57,558 bases of DNA from Pseudomonadota bacterium (GCA_963205165.1 CAUJJX010000313.1:1-57558), one strand, 5' to 3'; shown: positions 24,945-36,163, counted from the stretch's first letter. Notes: generated by a model from the sequence alone, not told the origin. A program made the numbers and translations.

Positions 24945-25576
24945 GTTTCCAGCCACCTCGAAATGACGTCCGCGACGCGGGCGCGGACCTCTCCGGGTGA
25001 GACGTCGGATCGCACGGAGCGGATGCGCTGCGGCTCCCGCTCGGCCTGCGCGCGATACATCGCGGCGACGCGCTCGTGGAATGCGGAAGCCTCGCTCTCG
25101 AAACGGTCGGCGTCGCCGCGTCCGGAAATGCGATGCACGGCTGTGCCGACGTCGATCTCGAGCAGCACGGTGAGATCGGGAACAAGCGTCGGATGAACCC
25201 AGTCCGCGAGCTGGGTGATGCGTTCGATCGGCATGCCGCGCCCACCGCCCTGGTACGCGATCGTGGCGTCGATGAATCGATCGCACAGCACCCACTGGCC
25301 GCTCTCGAGCGCAGGAAGAATCACGCGATGGATGTGCTCGAAGCGCGCCGCGAACAGAAGCAGCGTCTCGGTCCCAGGGAGCATGGCATTCGCCGGATCG
25401 AGCAGCAGGGAACGGATCGCGTTTCCGACGGGCGTCCCGCCGGGCTCGCGGGTCATCACCAGCGGGATTCCGCGGTCTCGCAGCGTGGCCGCCGCACCTT
25501 CGATGCAGGTGGTCTTGCCAGCACCGTCGATGCCTTCGAAGGTGATGAAGCGGCCACGTGCCGGAGCATTGTTCAT
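24941..25576 (-). CDS. tmk: thymidylate kinase
   Basis: 211-aa ORF with the P-loop FITFEGIDGAGKTT and a DRF motif. Confidence 0.94.
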   Translation of the reverse strand: MNNAPARGRFITFEGIDGAGKTTCIEGAAATLRDRGIPLVMTREPGGTPVGNAIRSLLLDPANAMLPGTETLLLFAARFEHIHRVILPALESGQWVLCDRFIDATIAYQGGGRGMPIERITQLADWVHPTLVPDLTVLLEIDVGTAVHRISGRGDADRFESEASAFHERVAAMYRAQAEREPQRIRSVRSDVSPGEVRARVADVISRWLET

Positions 25577-26619
25577 CGCTTCTGGTACCTCGTGACGGCG
25601 CGGTTGTGATCGTCGAGTGTCGCCGAGAACTCGGACGTGCCGTCGCCGCGTGCCACGAAATAGAGTGCGCGGCTGACGGCCGGATTCGTCACCGCCGCAA
25701 GCGAGGCCGCCCCCGGCAGCGCAATGGGCGTCGGCGGCAGGCCACCGCGCACGTACGAGTTGTACGGCGTGTCTTCCTCGAGATCGGCACGCCGCAGGTT
25801 TCCGTCGAAGCGTGCGCCCTTCCCGTAGATCACGGTCGGGTCACTCTGGAGACGCATGCCGATGCGCAGACGATTGATGAACACCGACGCGATCAGGTTG
25901 CGGTCCTCGGGACGACCGGTCTCCTTCTCGACGACGGAGGCCAGGATCAGCGCCTCGTAAGGAGATCCGAGCGGCAAGCCGTCCGTGCGCGTGGCCCATG
26001 CTGCGTCGAGGCGCTCGCGCATGCGCGCCCGCGCGACGCGCAGGATCTGCAGGTCGCTGGTGCCGACGGAAAAGACGTAGGTGTCCGGAAAGAAGAGGCC
26101 TTCCGCACGGCGCTCGATCGCACCGAGTCGCTCGAGAATCTCGTTCTCGGACAACGCGGTGCTGTCGTGCTTCAGGCTCGCATGGCGATCGAGTGCCGAC
26201 CGCATCTGTGCGAACGTCCAGCCTTCGATGATCGTCACCCGATCGTTGAGGGATTCGCCGCGGACCATCCGGTCCAGGAGTTCGTTCGGCGTCATCCCGG
26301 GCTTGATCTCGTAGACGCCCGCCTGAAGACGTTCGCCCTGGCCGCGCAAACGGGCGACCGCACTGAATGCCCACGGCGAAACGATCAGTCCCTGCGCGGC
26401 GAGGTTGCGGGAGATGGTCCGGAGGCCGGATCCCGGCTGGACAGCAACGCGTGTTCCGGTTGACTGCCCGAGCATGGGCGAGTTGGCAAACCGCCAGAGT
26501 CCGCCACCGAGCACGACGGCCAGCGCGACGACCGCGATGAATGCAAGGAAGAGGGCGCGCCCCTTCCCCGATTCACGGTTTGCCCTGGCCCGACGATCGG
26601 AGCCGATAGCCGACTCCAT
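25573..26619 (-). CDS. mltG: endolytic murein transglycosylase (YceG family)
   Basis: 348-aa ORF with an N-terminal TM anchor and a YceG-like domain (IIEGWT, LASVVEKET). 4-nt overlap with the tmk start. Confidence 0.88.
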   Translation of the reverse strand: MESAIGSDRRARANRESGKGRALFLAFIAVVALAVVLGGGLWRFANSPMLGQSTGTRVAVQPGSGLRTISRNLAAQGLIVSPWAFSAVARLRGQGERLQAGVYEIKPGMTPNELLDRMVRGESLNDRVTIIEGWTFAQMRSALDRHASLKHDSTALSENEILERLGAIERRAEGLFFPDTYVFSVGTSDLQILRVARARMRERLDAAWATRTDGLPLGSPYEALILASVVEKETGRPEDRNLIASVFINRLRIGMRLQSDPTVIYGKGARFDGNLRRADLEEDTPYNSYVRGGLPPTPIALPGAASLAAVTNPAVSRALYFVARGDGTSEFSATLDDHNRAVTRYQKR

Positions 26620-26632
26620 CTGTCGGTGCGAC

Positions 26633-27871
26633 TCAGAGAGCCCGGAAGATCAGCGTGCCGTTGGTCCCGCCGAATCCGAAGGAATTCGAGAGTGCAACAT
26701 CGATCTTCATGGGCCGCGCCACGTTGGGAACGTAGTCGAGATCGCATGCGGGATCGGGATCGACCAGATTGATGGTCGGCGGGGCGACCTGATCACGAAT
26801 CGCCAGGACGCTGAACACCGCCTCGACTCCGCCTGCTGCCCCAAGCAGGTGGCCGGTCATGGACTTCGTCGAACTGACGGCCACCGAACGCGCGTGGTCA
26901 CCGAAACAACGCTTCACCGCGACGGTCTCGGCAATGTCTCCGAGCGGCGTCGACGTACCGTGCGCGTTGATGTAGTCGACCTGATCCGGATTCATGCCTG
27001 CAACCCGCAGCGCATTCCGCATGCAGCGGAACGCACCATCGCCGTCTTCGCTCGGCGCGGTCATGTGGCTTGCGTCCGCGCTCATGCCGAAACCGACGAG
27101 TTCGCAGTAGATCTTCGCCCCGCGGGCCTTGGCGTGTTCGTACTCTTCGAGGACGAGGATGCCCGCGCCTTCACCGAGAACGAAACCGTCGCGACCGGTA
27201 TCCCACGGACGGCTTGCAGCCTCCGGATCGTCGTTTCGCGTGGACAGTGCGCGCATCGCCGCGAAACCACCGACGCCGAGCGGACTCACCGTGGCCTCGG
27301 CCCCGCCGGCGACGACGATGTCAGCGTCACCGTACTCGATCAGCCGCCCCGCTTCGCCGATGCAGTGCGTCGACGTCGTGCAGGCAGTCACGATGGCGAG
27401 GTTCGGACCCTTGAAGCCGTGCATGATCGACAGCGTGCCGGCGATCATGTTGATGATGCTGCCCGGCACGAAAAACGGCGAGATCTTGCGCGGCCCGCCC
27501 GCCGTGAGTGCGGCGTGCGTGTCCTCGATGAGCGGGAGTCCGCCGATGCCGGATCCGATGATCGTCGCGATGCGCTCGGCGTTCTCCGGGGTCACCTCGA
27601 TGCCCGCATCCCGGATCGCCTCGTTGGCCGCGGCGATGCCGTAGTGGATGAACGTATCGAGGCGCCGAGCTTCCTTGGCGGGCATGTGGTCCGCGGCATC
27701 GAACCCCTTCACTTCACCCGCGATCTGCGACGCGAAACCTGTCGTGTCGAATCGCGTGATGCGGGAGATGCCGGAGCGCCCGGCGATGATGTTCTCCCAC
27801 GCGGTGGAAACACCGGTACCCGTCGGAGAAACGATGCCGAGACCGGTGACGACAACCCTGCGTTTTGTCAC
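26633..27871 (-). CDS. fabF: 3-oxoacyl-ACP synthase II
   Basis: [11 protein letters not shown]-terminus with active-site Cys (TACTTS) and His contexts. I chose the GTG at 27871, which has GGAG 5 nt upstream. The track ORF starts 6 nt earlier. Confidence 0.95.
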   Translation of the reverse strand: MTKRRVVVTGLGIVSPTGTGVSTAWENIIAGRSGISRITRFDTTGFASQIAGEVKGFDAADHMPAKEARRLDTFIHYGIAAANEAIRDAGIEVTPENAERIATIIGSGIGGLPLIEDTHAALTAGGPRKISPFFVPGSIINMIAGTLSIMHGFKGPNLAIVTACTTSTHCIGEAGRLIEYGDADIVVAGGAEATVSPLGVGGFAAMRALSTRNDDPEAASRPWDTGRDGFVLGEGAGILVLEEYEHAKARGAKIYCELVGFGMSADASHMTAPSEDGDGAFRCMRNALRVAGMNPDQVDYINAHGTSTPLGDIAETVAVKRCFGDHARSVAVSSTKSMTGHLLGAAGGVEAVFSVLAIRDQVAPPTINLVDPDPACDLDYVPNVARPMKIDVALSNSFGFGGTNGTLIFRAL

Positions 27872-27911
27872 GTGCACTCCGGAAGTCAGGAACGACGCAC
27901 GAGGCGTCGAA

Positions 27912-28148
27912 TCACTTGGTGTTGTTGTTGATGTAGTCGATGGCCTGCTGGACGGACGTGATCTTCTCGGCCTCTTCGTCCGGGATGTCGCATTCGAATT
28001 CTTCTTCGAGCGCCATCACGAGTTCCACCGTGTCGAGCGAGTCGGCACCCAGGTCGTCGACGAAGGTCGATTCCGTCTTGATGTCGGCTTCATTCACACC
28101 GAGTTGTTCCGCGACGATCCGCTTGACACGCTGTTCTACGGTATCCAT
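27912..28148 (-). CDS. acpP: acyl carrier protein
   Basis: 78-aa ORF with the phosphopantetheine site [19 protein letters not shown]. Confidence 0.97.
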   Translation of the reverse strand: MDTVEQRVKRIVAEQLGVNEADIKTESTFVDDLGADSLDTVELVMALEEEFECDIPDEEAEKITSVQQAIDYINNNTK

Positions 28149-28313
28149 TGAATTTCCTTCCCTCTGGTTGATTCCGGTGATGACGGGAACACGCCGATCG
28201 GCTGCTCCCCTGTGATCAGAATGATCCTGACGCTGATTCGATTCGCACCGAACCGGGCGCGCATTCTACCAAAAACAGTCTTCCAAACGTCCCCCCGCGG
28301 AGACGATCGGTAC

Positions 28314-29051
28314 TCACTCCATCAGCATTCCACCATTCACGTGAATGGTCGACCCCGTGATGTAGCTGGCACCCTCCGATGCGAGGAAACCGACGGCGTG
28401 CGCGACCTCGCGCGCATTGCCGAACCGGCCGAGCGGCACCTGACCGAGGAGCGCATCGCGCTGCGCATCGACCAGTCCGCGTGTCATGTCGGTATCGATG
28501 AAACCGGGCGCGACGCAGTTCACCGTGATGTTCCGGCTGCCCACCTCGCGCGCGAGGGATTTGGCGAAGCCGGCCACGCCCGCCTTGGCCGCTGCGTAAT
28601 TCGCCTGGCCCGCGTTGCCGAGATGCCCCACGACGGATGTCACGTTGACGATGCGGCCCCAGCGGGCCTTCATCATCGGCCGCAGCACGAGCTTCGACAG
28701 AACGAACACCGAACGCAGATTCGTGGCCATGATCTGGTCCCACTCGTCGTCCTTCATCCGCAGGAGCAGGTTGTCGCGCGTGATGCCGGCGTTGTTGACG
28801 AGGATCGAGACATCGCCAAGTTGCGCCTGCACTGCGGCAAGCGCGGACTCCATTCCTGCACTGTCGCTGACGTCGAGCTGCACCCCGATGCCGTCGATGC
28901 CGGCAACCTTGAAGGCTTCCTGAAGTGCGGCGGCGCCTTCGACCGTGGTGGCCGTGCCCGCGACCCTCGCCCCCCTGGCGCCGAGTTCGAGGGCGATCGC
29001 GTGGCCGATGCCGCGGGAAGCGCCGGTGACGAGAGCGATCTTTCCGTTCAT
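28314..29051 (-). CDS. fabG: 3-oxoacyl-ACP reductase
   Basis: Internal ATG of ORF 28314..30059. Contains ALVTGASRGIG, NNAG and the YxxxK motif YAAAKAG. ATGA overlap with the fabD stop. Confidence 0.95.
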   Translation of the reverse strand: MNGKIALVTGASRGIGHAIALELGARGARVAGTATTVEGAAALQEAFKVAGIDGIGVQLDVSDSAGMESALAAVQAQLGDVSILVNNAGITRDNLLLRMKDDEWDQIMATNLRSVFVLSKLVLRPMMKARWGRIVNVTSVVGHLGNAGQANYAAAKAGVAGFAKSLAREVGSRNITVNCVAPGFIDTDMTRGLVDAQRDALLGQVPLGRFGNAREVAHAVGFLASEGASYITGSTIHVNGGMLME

Positions 29052-29995
29052 GCCGTCTCTCCTGTTTGGCCGATGGAAGCGAGCGTATCCGCAATGGCCT
29101 GCGCGGACGACAGCGTCGCGCTCGTCACGTCGGTCGCGATCCGCCGGACCATGCCGTGCAGCACCTTGCCGGGGCCGCACTCGACGATGTGCGTGACACC
29201 TGCCGCCTGCATGGCGGTGACGATCTCGATCCAGCGAACCGGGCAATAGAGCTGACGCACGAGCGCATCGGCGATCTCGGCGGGCGTCGTGGCTTCGCGC
29301 ACATCGACGTTGTTGATGATCGGGAACGCCGGTGATTTCAGGGCGATGCCGGCCAGCGCGCCCGCGAGGGTCTCGGCCGCAGGACGCATCAACGCACAGT
29401 GCGACGGCACGCTCATCGGCAGCAGCACGGCACGCTTGGCGCCCCGCGCCTTGCAGGCTTCGATCGCACGGCCGACGGCTGCCTTGCCACCCGCGATGAC
29501 GATCTGGCCGGGGGCATTCAGGTTGGCTGGTGACACGACCTCGTCGCCTGCGGCTTCGGCACACGCTGCAGCGACCTGGTCCGCATCGAGACCGAGGATT
29601 GCCGCGATGCCGCCCTGCCCTTCCGGAACGGCCTGCTGCATGGCGTCCGCGCGGACACGCACCAGTTTCATCGCTTCGGCGAATCCGAGTGCACCGCCAG
29701 CCACGAGGGCCGCGTACTCGCCGAGACTGTGGCCTGCGGCGAGCACCGGTGCCGGACCGCCCAGCGCCTGCCATGCCCGGTACACGGCGATGTCGGCCGC
29801 GAGCATGATCGGCTGGGTGTTGGTCGTCTGATTGAGGGCTTCCTCGGGACCGTTCTCGACGAGTGCGAAGAGGTCCTGACCGAGCGCCGAAGACGCCTCG
29901 TCGATGGTCGTGCGAACGACCGGCAGATCGAGGTAGTCCCGGAGCATCCCGACCGATTGCGAGCCCTGGCCGGGGAACACGAATGCGAGTTTCAT
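29048..29995 (-). CDS. fabD: malonyl-CoA:ACP transacylase
   Basis: Internal ATG of ORF 29048..30400. N-terminus FVFPGQGSQ and active site GHSLGEY. Confidence 0.94.
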   Translation of the reverse strand: MKLAFVFPGQGSQSVGMLRDYLDLPVVRTTIDEASSALGQDLFALVENGPEEALNQTTNTQPIMLAADIAVYRAWQALGGPAPVLAAGHSLGEYAALVAGGALGFAEAMKLVRVRADAMQQAVPEGQGGIAAILGLDADQVAAACAEAAGDEVVSPANLNAPGQIVIAGGKAAVGRAIEACKARGAKRAVLLPMSVPSHCALMRPAAETLAGALAGIALKSPAFPIINNVDVREATTPAEIADALVRQLYCPVRWIEIVTAMQAAGVTHIVECGPGKVLHGMVRRIATDVTSATLSSAQAIADTLASIGQTGETA

Positions 29996-30018
29996 GGCTG
30001 TTCCGTATTGATTCGTTG

Positions 30019-30978
30019 TCACCAGCGAAGCAGTACCGCGCCCCACGTGAAGCCGCCACCGACCCCTTCGAGCAGCACGTTGTGGCCGGGCTGGATGCGA
30101 CCGTCGCGGACAGCTTCGTCGAGCGCGAGCGGGATGGAGGCAGCCGATGTGTTGCCGTGGCGATCGACCGTGCACACGACGCGATCCATGCCGAGGCCGA
30201 GGCGCTTCGCCGTTGCCTCGATGATGCGGATGTTGGCCTGATGCGGGATGAACCAGTCGATGTCGGTGGCGCTCACGCCTGCGGCCGACAAAACTTCGTT
30301 CGCGACTTCGGCCAGCACCCGCACTGCGTACTTGAACACGGCCCCGCCATCCATCTGGACGAATGGGGATCCGATGACCTCGCCGCCTGCCCCGATGCAT
30401 CCGGGCACCGACAGGATGTCCACTTGCGAGCCGTCGGCGTGCAGGCGCGACGCGAGAATTCCCGGGGCGTCGGACGCACCGAGCACCACCGCACCCGCGC
30501 CGTCACCGAAGAGCACGCAGGTCGTCCGGTCGCTCCAATCGAGCAGGCGGGAGAAGACCTCCGCGCCGACGACGAGCGCCATCCGGGCCTGACCGCAGCG
30601 GATGTACATGTCGGCCGTCGCCAGGGCGTAGACGAATCCACTGCAGACGGCTTGCACGTCGAACGCCGCGCATCCGGCTGCCCCCAGCCGTGCCTGGAGA
30701 ATGCAGGCGGTGCCGGGAAAAACCATGTCAGGCGTGGTCGTCGCGACGATGATCAGGTCGATCGCGGAGGCATCAAGCCCGGCTGCGTCGAGCGCGCGAC
30801 GGGCGGCCTCGAAGGCGAGATCGCTGGTCTTCTCGTCGGCTGACGCGATGTGACGCTGCCGGATACCGGTGCGCGTGGTGATCCACTCGTCGGACGTATC
30901 GACCTTCGACGCGAGATCCTGGTTCGTGACCAGGTTCGGCGGCAGGAATGAACCCGTGCCGAGAATCCGGGAAAACAT
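30019..30978 (-). CDS. fabH: 3-oxoacyl-ACP synthase III
   Basis: 319-aa ORF with the active-site Cys context (AVCSGF) and C-terminal GGGFTWGA. Confidence 0.94.
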   Translation of the reverse strand: MFSRILGTGSFLPPNLVTNQDLASKVDTSDEWITTRTGIRQRHIASADEKTSDLAFEAARRALDAAGLDASAIDLIIVATTTPDMVFPGTACILQARLGAAGCAAFDVQAVCSGFVYALATADMYIRCGQARMALVVGAEVFSRLLDWSDRTTCVLFGDGAGAVVLGASDAPGILASRLHADGSQVDILSVPGCIGAGGEVIGSPFVQMDGGAVFKYAVRVLAEVANEVLSAAGVSATDIDWFIPHQANIRIIEATAKRLGLGMDRVVCTVDRHGNTSAASIPLALDEAVRDGRIQPGHNVLLEGVGGGFTWGAVLLRW

Positions 30979-30980
30979 GG

Positions 30981-31997
30981 TCAGGACGCCGTGTCGACAG
31001 GCTGCGCGTGCAGGCGCGCGCTGATGAGATCGAGCAGACCGTTGCGGGCCTCGTCGGAGGCGCGCTGGATCGCGAACTCGAACCCGAATGCGTCGGCGGA
31101 TCCGTGGCTCTTCACCACGACGCCGCGCAGCCCGAGCAGGCTTGCGCCGTTGTAGCGACGATGATCGACACGGTGCTTGAAACGCTTGATGACCGGCAGC
31201 GCAAGCAGCGCGGCCAGTTTCGAGAGCGGATTGCGCGTGAACTCTTCACGGAGGTACGCGGCAAGCATCTGTGCCAGGCCCTCGGACGTCTTGAGCGCGA
31301 CGTTGCCGACGAATCCGTCGCAGACCACGAGATCCGTCGTGCCCTTGTAGATGTCGTCACCTTCCACGTTTCCGTAGAAATTGAGGCTGCTCGCGCGAAG
31401 CATCTCGGCGGCCTCCTTGACGACATCGTTGCCCTTGATCTCTTCCTCACCGATGTTGAGCAAGCCGATGCTCGGACGATCGTTGTGGTCGATCGCGCCG
31501 ACGAGGGCAGAACCCATGATCGCGAACTGCACGAGATGTTCGGGTCGGCAATTGACGTTCGCCCCGAGGTCGAGCATGACCGTGCGGCCGCGCTGCGTCG
31601 GAAGGAAGGATGCGATCGCAGGTCGTTCCACGCCCGGCAGCATCTTCAGGACGAACCTCGAGATCGCCATCAGCGCACCGGTGTTCCCGGCACTGACAGC
31701 GCAGTCGGCTTCGCCGGACTTCACGAGGTCGATCGCGACGCGCATCGACGAATCGCGCTTGTTGCGCAACGCAGTCGCGGGCGGATCGTGCATCAGCACG
31801 ACTTCGCTTGCAGCACGGATGGATATACGGGGATTGGACGACTGACCGAGCCGAGCCAGTTCCGCGGCCAGTACCGCCTCGCCACCGACAAGGATCATCC
31901 GGACGTCGGATTCTCGCGCCGCGAAGCTGATCGCAGCAGGAACGGTGACGCTCGGACCGTGGTCGCCGCCCATGCAATCGATGGCAATGCTGACCAT
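30981..31997 (-). CDS. plsX: phosphate acyltransferase
   Basis: N-terminus [13 protein letters not shown] chose the ATG at 31997. The track ORF starts at a GTG 33 nt upstream, so the start is uncertain. Confidence 0.9.
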   Translation of the reverse strand: MVSIAIDCMGGDHGPSVTVPAAISFAARESDVRMILVGGEAVLAAELARLGQSSNPRISIRAASEVVLMHDPPATALRNKRDSSMRVAIDLVKSGEADCAVSAGNTGALMAISRFVLKMLPGVERPAIASFLPTQRGRTVMLDLGANVNCRPEHLVQFAIMGSALVGAIDHNDRPSIGLLNIGEEEIKGNDVVKEAAEMLRASSLNFYGNVEGDDIYKGTTDLVVCDGFVGNVALKTSEGLAQMLAAYLREEFTRNPLSKLAALLALPVIKRFKHRVDHRRYNGASLLGLRGVVVKSHGSADAFGFEFAIQRASDEARNGLLDLISARLHAQPVDTAS

Positions 31998-32142
31998 CAC
32001 GCCAGCACGCACCGTCGAATGAATTTGCACCTCATCGAGTCTCGCCGCCGGCTCGAATCACGGACGCTGCCTGTCGGGACATGATCATTCCCGGAACAGG
32101 ACACCACGCTCGAACCGACCGCACACGTGATGGACCCGCGAC

Positions 32143-32322
32143 TCACTCGCCCTTCGTCTTGAGCACCTTGCGCCCACGGTAGTAACCCGACGGGCTGATG
32201 TGGTGGCGCAGATGCACTTCACCGGTCGTCGGCTCGACGGCCAGCGGCGGATTCGTCAGGAAGTCGTGGGACCGATGCATGCCGCGCTTCGAGGGAGACT
32301 TCTTGTTCTGCTGAACAGCCAT
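32143..32322 (-). CDS. rpmF: 50S ribosomal protein L32
   Basis: 59-aa ORF that is missing from the supplied ORF track. It translates as [22 protein letters not shown]...[11 protein letters not shown]. Canonical position between yceD and plsX. Confidence 0.9.
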   Translation of the reverse strand: MAVQQNKKSPSKRGMHRSHDFLTNPPLAVEPTTGEVHLRHHISPSGYYRGRKVLKTKGE

Positions 32323-32373
32323 GTTGACTCCTTGGGCACCCGCCAGGGGCGCAAAAAATAACCGTCAAAAAAT

Positions 32374-32835
32374 CTAGTTGAGCCGATCGGGCTCGACGCC
32401 GCCGACCGCCACGCACTCTTCGTCCGACTCCGCGTGCTTCGGGGCAAGCGGAAGCGAGAGCAGCAACTCGTCCTCGACGAGATCCATCGGATTTACGCGC
32501 CCGACGAGCGGCAGGTAATCCGAATCTGCTTCTTCGTCAGCGACGTCGCCGAGAGCCGCCTCGGGAACGAACACCAGTTCGCGATCGGAATCAACGTCGA
32601 TACGGACAGGCCCGAGACATCTCTGACAGACCATCCACACGGATGCCGCCATATGCAACCGGATGCTCGGCTTGCCGTCGCGCCGCACGACACCGACGCA
32701 CTCATACCTGACGTCGCCATCGGGCTTCGCCAGGAATTCGCCCAGACGCGCCAGCGCCACGACGGGCGTTTCACCCTTCATGACCGCGGCGCGATGCGCG
32801 AAATCGGATACGTCGATGCTTACCGGGGCAGACAT
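32374..32835 (-). CDS. yceD: YceD/DUF177 family protein (large-subunit rRNA accumulation)
   Basis: 153-aa ORF with a CQRC motif and an acidic C-terminal part. Lies immediately upstream of rpmF. Confidence 0.85.
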   Translation of the reverse strand: MSAPVSIDVSDFAHRAAVMKGETPVVALARLGEFLAKPDGDVRYECVGVVRRDGKPSIRLHMAASVWMVCQRCLGPVRIDVDSDRELVFVPEAALGDVADEEADSDYLPLVGRVNPMDLVEDELLLSLPLAPKHAESDEECVAVGGVEPDRLN

Positions 32836-32890
32836 AAGCCCGGCATAATACGAGTTTTTCCCTGCTCGGTCAAAAGGCTACAGCACTCTT

Positions 32891-33484
32891 ATGGCACCCG
32901 CGCGCCTTATCCTCGCATCCACCTCCAGGTACCGGAAGGAACTGTTGTCGCGGTTCCGGATTCCGTTCGAGACCGATGCCCCCCACGTCGACGAATCACC
33001 GCTCGCGAGCGAAGCGCCGGCAGCCACGGCCCAGCGACTGGCGCACGCAAAGGCGCTTGTCGTCGCGGCACGCCATCCGGACGCCGTCGTGATCGGATCC
33101 GACCAGGTGGCCGAACTCGATGGCATCCGCCTCGACAAGCCCGGCACGGAAGAACGCGCGATCGAACAACTCATGTCGGCGAGCGGACGCACCGTCGAAT
33201 TCCTGACTGCAGTCCACGTACTTTCGAAGGACGGCCCCACGGACACGTCCACGGTCGTCCCGACGTACGTGACCTTTCGTCGATTCGACCGCGCGGTCGC
33301 CGAACGCTACGTGGCCATCGAACAGCCACTCGACTGCGCCGGCAGCGCGAAGGCCGAAGGACTGGGCATTGCCCTCATCGCGGCCATCGAGGGACCGGAT
33401 CCGACGGCCCTCATCGGCCTGCCGCTCATCGCCCTCACCGACCTCCTCGCCAGGCACGGAATGCCCGTGCTCGACACGAAGTGA
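32891..33484 (+). CDS. maf: Maf-like nucleoside triphosphate pyrophosphatase (YceF type)
   Basis: 197-aa ORF with LILASTSRYRKELL, VIGSDQV and GAYGIQ-like (AGSAKAEGLG) motifs. Confidence 0.88.
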   Translation: MAPARLILASTSRYRKELLSRFRIPFETDAPHVDESPLASEAPAATAQRLAHAKALVVAARHPDAVVIGSDQVAELDGIRLDKPGTEERAIEQLMSASGRTVEFLTAVHVLSKDGPTDTSTVVPTYVTFRRFDRAVAERYVAIEQPLDCAGSAKAEGLGIALIAAIEGPDPTALIGLPLIALTDLLARHGMPVLDTK

Positions 33485-34233
33485 GCGCGGCGCGCGGCAC
33501 GCTCTACCTCGTGCCCATGCCGCTCGGCAGCGGTGACTTGCACGCCTGCCTGCCGCAGGACGCCCTGGCCACCGTTGCGCGACTGACCCGGTTCATCGCC
33601 GAGGATGCCCGTACCGCCCGCCGCGTCCTGACGAAACTGCCACTCGACACGCCGATCCGCGACGTGGAGTTCGGCGAACTGAACGAACACACCCGCCCCG
33701 CCGATCTGGCGGGACTGCTCACCCCGCTGCTCGCCGGCACGGACGTCGGACTCGTCTCGGAAGCGGGCTGCCCCGTGATTGCCGACCCCGGCGCCGCCGT
33801 CGTGGCACTCGCCCACGAACACGGCATCCGGGTGGCCCCGCTGATCGGGCCCAGCGCAGTGCTCCTGGCACTCATGGGTTCCGGCCTGTCCGGACAGGCG
33901 TTCCGCTTTCATGGCTACCTGCCCGTCGATCCGCAGGCGAGGCGCCAGCGAATCGTCGCGATCGAACAGGATTCCGCCCGAAGCGACTGCACGCATCTCT
34001 TCATCGAGACGCCGTACCGGAACGACCAGATGCTGGGATCACTCCTGGAATGCTGCCAGCCCTCGACGCGGCTTTCGGTCTGCGTCGACCTCACGCTGCC
34101 GACCGAGGCCATCGTGACCCGCGCGATCGTCGACTGGCGAAACAGTCCGCGGCCCGATCTCGACCGCCGCCCGGCGGTGTTTGTCCTGGCGGCCCCGCGA
34201 CCTACCGGACCCGCCCGCCGAACCCGCCGGTGA
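33481..34233 (+). CDS. SAM-dependent methyltransferase, tetrapyrrole-methylase (RsmI-like) superfamily
   Basis: In-frame GTG of ORF 32434..34233, overlapping the maf stop (GTGA). Contains GTLYLVPMPLG, the FIAEDAR pattern and VSEAGCPVIADPG. Confidence 0.75.
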   Translation: MSAARGTLYLVPMPLGSGDLHACLPQDALATVARLTRFIAEDARTARRVLTKLPLDTPIRDVEFGELNEHTRPADLAGLLTPLLAGTDVGLVSEAGCPVIADPGAAVVALAHEHGIRVAPLIGPSAVLLALMGSGLSGQAFRFHGYLPVDPQARRQRIVAIEQDSARSDCTHLFIETPYRNDQMLGSLLECCQPSTRLSVCVDLTLPTEAIVTRAIVDWRNSPRPDLDRRPAVFVLAAPRPTGPARRTRR

Positions 34234-35176
34234 CCTTCACCGCGGCCTCGCCGATGGCCGCACCGAAGCGCTTGGCGAAACGCTCGGCGATGTTCTCCTT
34301 GGGCGTGAAGTCGACGATCCGGTCGGCCTTGATGATCTCGCGCGCGACGAACGCCACGTCGCCGAGGGCGTCCGCGAGACCCATTTCGATGCTGCGATCG
34401 CCAGTCCACATGAGACCGCTGAACAGATCCGGGGAATCCTTCAGGCGCTTGCCACGGCCCTCGCGGACCACCTGGATGAACTGCTGGTGGATCTCGCCGA
34501 GCATCCGCTGCGCATGCTCGCGCTGCTGGGCGTCCATCGGGGAGAACGGGTCGAGGAAGCCCTTGTTGCTGCCGGCCGTGAGCAGTCGGCGCTCGACACC
34601 GAGCTTGGACATGGTGTCGGTGAATCCGAATCCATCCATGAGCACGCCGATCGAGCCGACGAGGCTGCCGCGGCTGACGAATATCCGGTCGGCAGCGGCC
34701 GCGGCGTAGTACCCGCCGGACGCACAGACGTCGTCCACCACCACATAAAGCGGTATCGCCGGATGCAGGTTGCGCAGGCGGCGGATCTCCATGTTGATCT
34801 GGTGCGCCTGCACCGGGCTGCCGCCCGGGCTGTTCACCCGCAGCACGACGCCCTGCGTATTGCCATCCTCGAAGGCATCGCCGAGCCCCGCGTTCACTAC
34901 GTCGGCTGCCGCCATCGAATCAGCCTCGATGACCCCGTTCAGGTCGACGAGCGCCGTGTGCTTGCCGGTTCCCACGGAGTCCCCCTGGCCGACCCAGCCC
35001 AGCGCGAAGAACAGGATCGCAAACAGATAAACGAACGTGAGCGACTTGAAGAGGATGCCCCAGCGGCGGCTGCGGCGTTGCTCGGTCAGTGCAGAGGTCG
35101 CGAGCTCGCGCAGAACATCGCGTTCCCAGGCACCCGACGGTTCGCGGCCGGTGCTGGACGTGTCTTGATCAGCCAT
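34202..35176 (-). CDS. sppA: signal peptide peptidase SppA (36K type, S49 family)
   Basis: Internal ATG of ORF 34202..35302. Has a TM anchor and S49 motifs (NSPGGS, ASGGYY). Confidence 0.85.
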   Translation of the reverse strand: MADQDTSSTGREPSGAWERDVLRELATSALTEQRRSRRWGILFKSLTFVYLFAILFFALGWVGQGDSVGTGKHTALVDLNGVIEADSMAAADVVNAGLGDAFEDGNTQGVVLRVNSPGGSPVQAHQINMEIRRLRNLHPAIPLYVVVDDVCASGGYYAAAAADRIFVSRGSLVGSIGVLMDGFGFTDTMSKLGVERRLLTAGSNKGFLDPFSPMDAQQREHAQRMLGEIHQQFIQVVREGRGKRLKDSPDLFSGLMWTGDRSIEMGLADALGDVAFVAREIIKADRIVDFTPKENIAERFAKRFGAAIGEAAVKVTGGFGGRVR

Positions 35177-35531
35177 GGATTGCTTCTTCGAAAATGAGAT
35201 ATACGGCCCCGTCCCGCTCGGAAACCGCCAGCTTGTGGAGGCGCCCGCCCTTGCAGGGACCCGCGAGGCACGCACCCGTTTCGGGGGCATACATGGCCCC
35301 ATGGGTCGCGCAGATCAAGTATAGCTGTGAGGTATCGAAGAACTCGCCCTCGCTCCAGTCGAGTTCCACAGGGACGTGCGCGCAGCGATTCACATAGGCA
35401 TGCACCTCACCGTCGAACCGCACCGCGAACGCCGACACCTTGCCCGAGGCGGATTCGAACTCGAACCGCACGCCGCGCCCGCCCTCTTCCAGCGCGTCGG
35501 CGGCGCAGATCAGGCGTTCGCGGTCAGCCAT
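35169..35531 (-). CDS. Rieske [2Fe-2S] domain protein
   Basis: 120-aa ORF with the Rieske ligand boxes C-A-H (NRCAHVP) and C-x-x-H (ICATHG). Confidence 0.8.
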   Translation of the reverse strand: MADRERLICAADALEEGGRGVRFEFESASGKVSAFAVRFDGEVHAYVNRCAHVPVELDWSEGEFFDTSQLYLICATHGAMYAPETGACLAGPCKGGRLHKLAVSERDGAVYLIFEEAIHG

Positions 35532-36163
35532 GCCCAGAGTTCCTGCGGCGTATCGACGGTGACGGTGCTCGGCGCCTTCGCCAGCTTTGCAGGTTCGTGA
35601 GCGCCATAGGTCACGGCGACAGCGTCGACCCGGGCGCCCGCTGCCATCTCGAGATCGTGCGTCGTGTCACCCACCATCAAGGCACGCGCCGGCTCCACAC
35701 AGAGACGATCGAGCAGGTACTCGAGCATCCCGGGGTGCGGCTTCGAGAAGCCCTCGTCGCCGCAGCGGGTGGCATCGAAACGCGACCGGAGTTGCGTGTC
35801 GTCGAGCGCACGCTCGAGACCGACGCGACTCTTGCCGGTCGCGACGGCGAGGAAATGGCCGCGCGCCTGGAGCGCACGCAATCCCGCATCGACGCCATCG
35901 AACAGCACGACGACGGATTCGCCGCCCAGGTAGTGATGCCGGTACCGGTCGACCAGCCGGCCGGAGTCCGCACGCGTGATCGTCGGGAACAGGTAGTCGA
36001 GTGCGTCCTGGAGCCCCAGCCCGATGATGTGGCGGGACGCTTCGTCCGACGGCGCTTCGAATCCGATGTCGCGACTCGCGGCCTGCAGGCTCGAGACGAT
36101 GTGCGCCGCGGAATCCACGAGCGTGCCGTCCCAGTCGAAGACGACGAGGTCGTAGCGCTTCAT
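35510..36163 (-). CDS. HAD-IA hydrolase (phosphoglycolate phosphatase-like)
   Basis: 217-aa ORF with HAD motifs I (VVFDWDGTL), II (ATGKS) and III/IV (MVGDTTHD). Confidence 0.8.
   Translation of the reverse strand: MKRYDLVVFDWDGTLVDSAAHIVSSLQAASRDIGFEAPSDEASRHIIGLGLQDALDYLFPTITRADSGRLVDRYRHHYLGGESVVVLFDGVDAGLRALQARGHFLAVATGKSRVGLERALDDTQLRSRFDATRCGDEGFSKPHPGMLEYLLDRLCVEPARALMVGDTTHDLEMAAGARVDAVAVTYGAHEPAKLAKAPSTVTVDTPQELWAWLTANA

Noticed and set aside
28314-30400. Track ORFs of 581 aa (28314..30059) and 450 aa (29048..30400), suggesting giant FabG and FabD proteins. The same pattern appears for 32434..34233, 40665..43289, 20026..21438 and 4742..5995.
   Set aside because: Only the C-terminal parts match the known proteins. 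The N-terminal extensions are Arg/Pro/Gly-rich read-through of the neighbouring gene in another frame. Internal starts that give canonical N-termini and ATGA/GTGA coupling were chosen instead.
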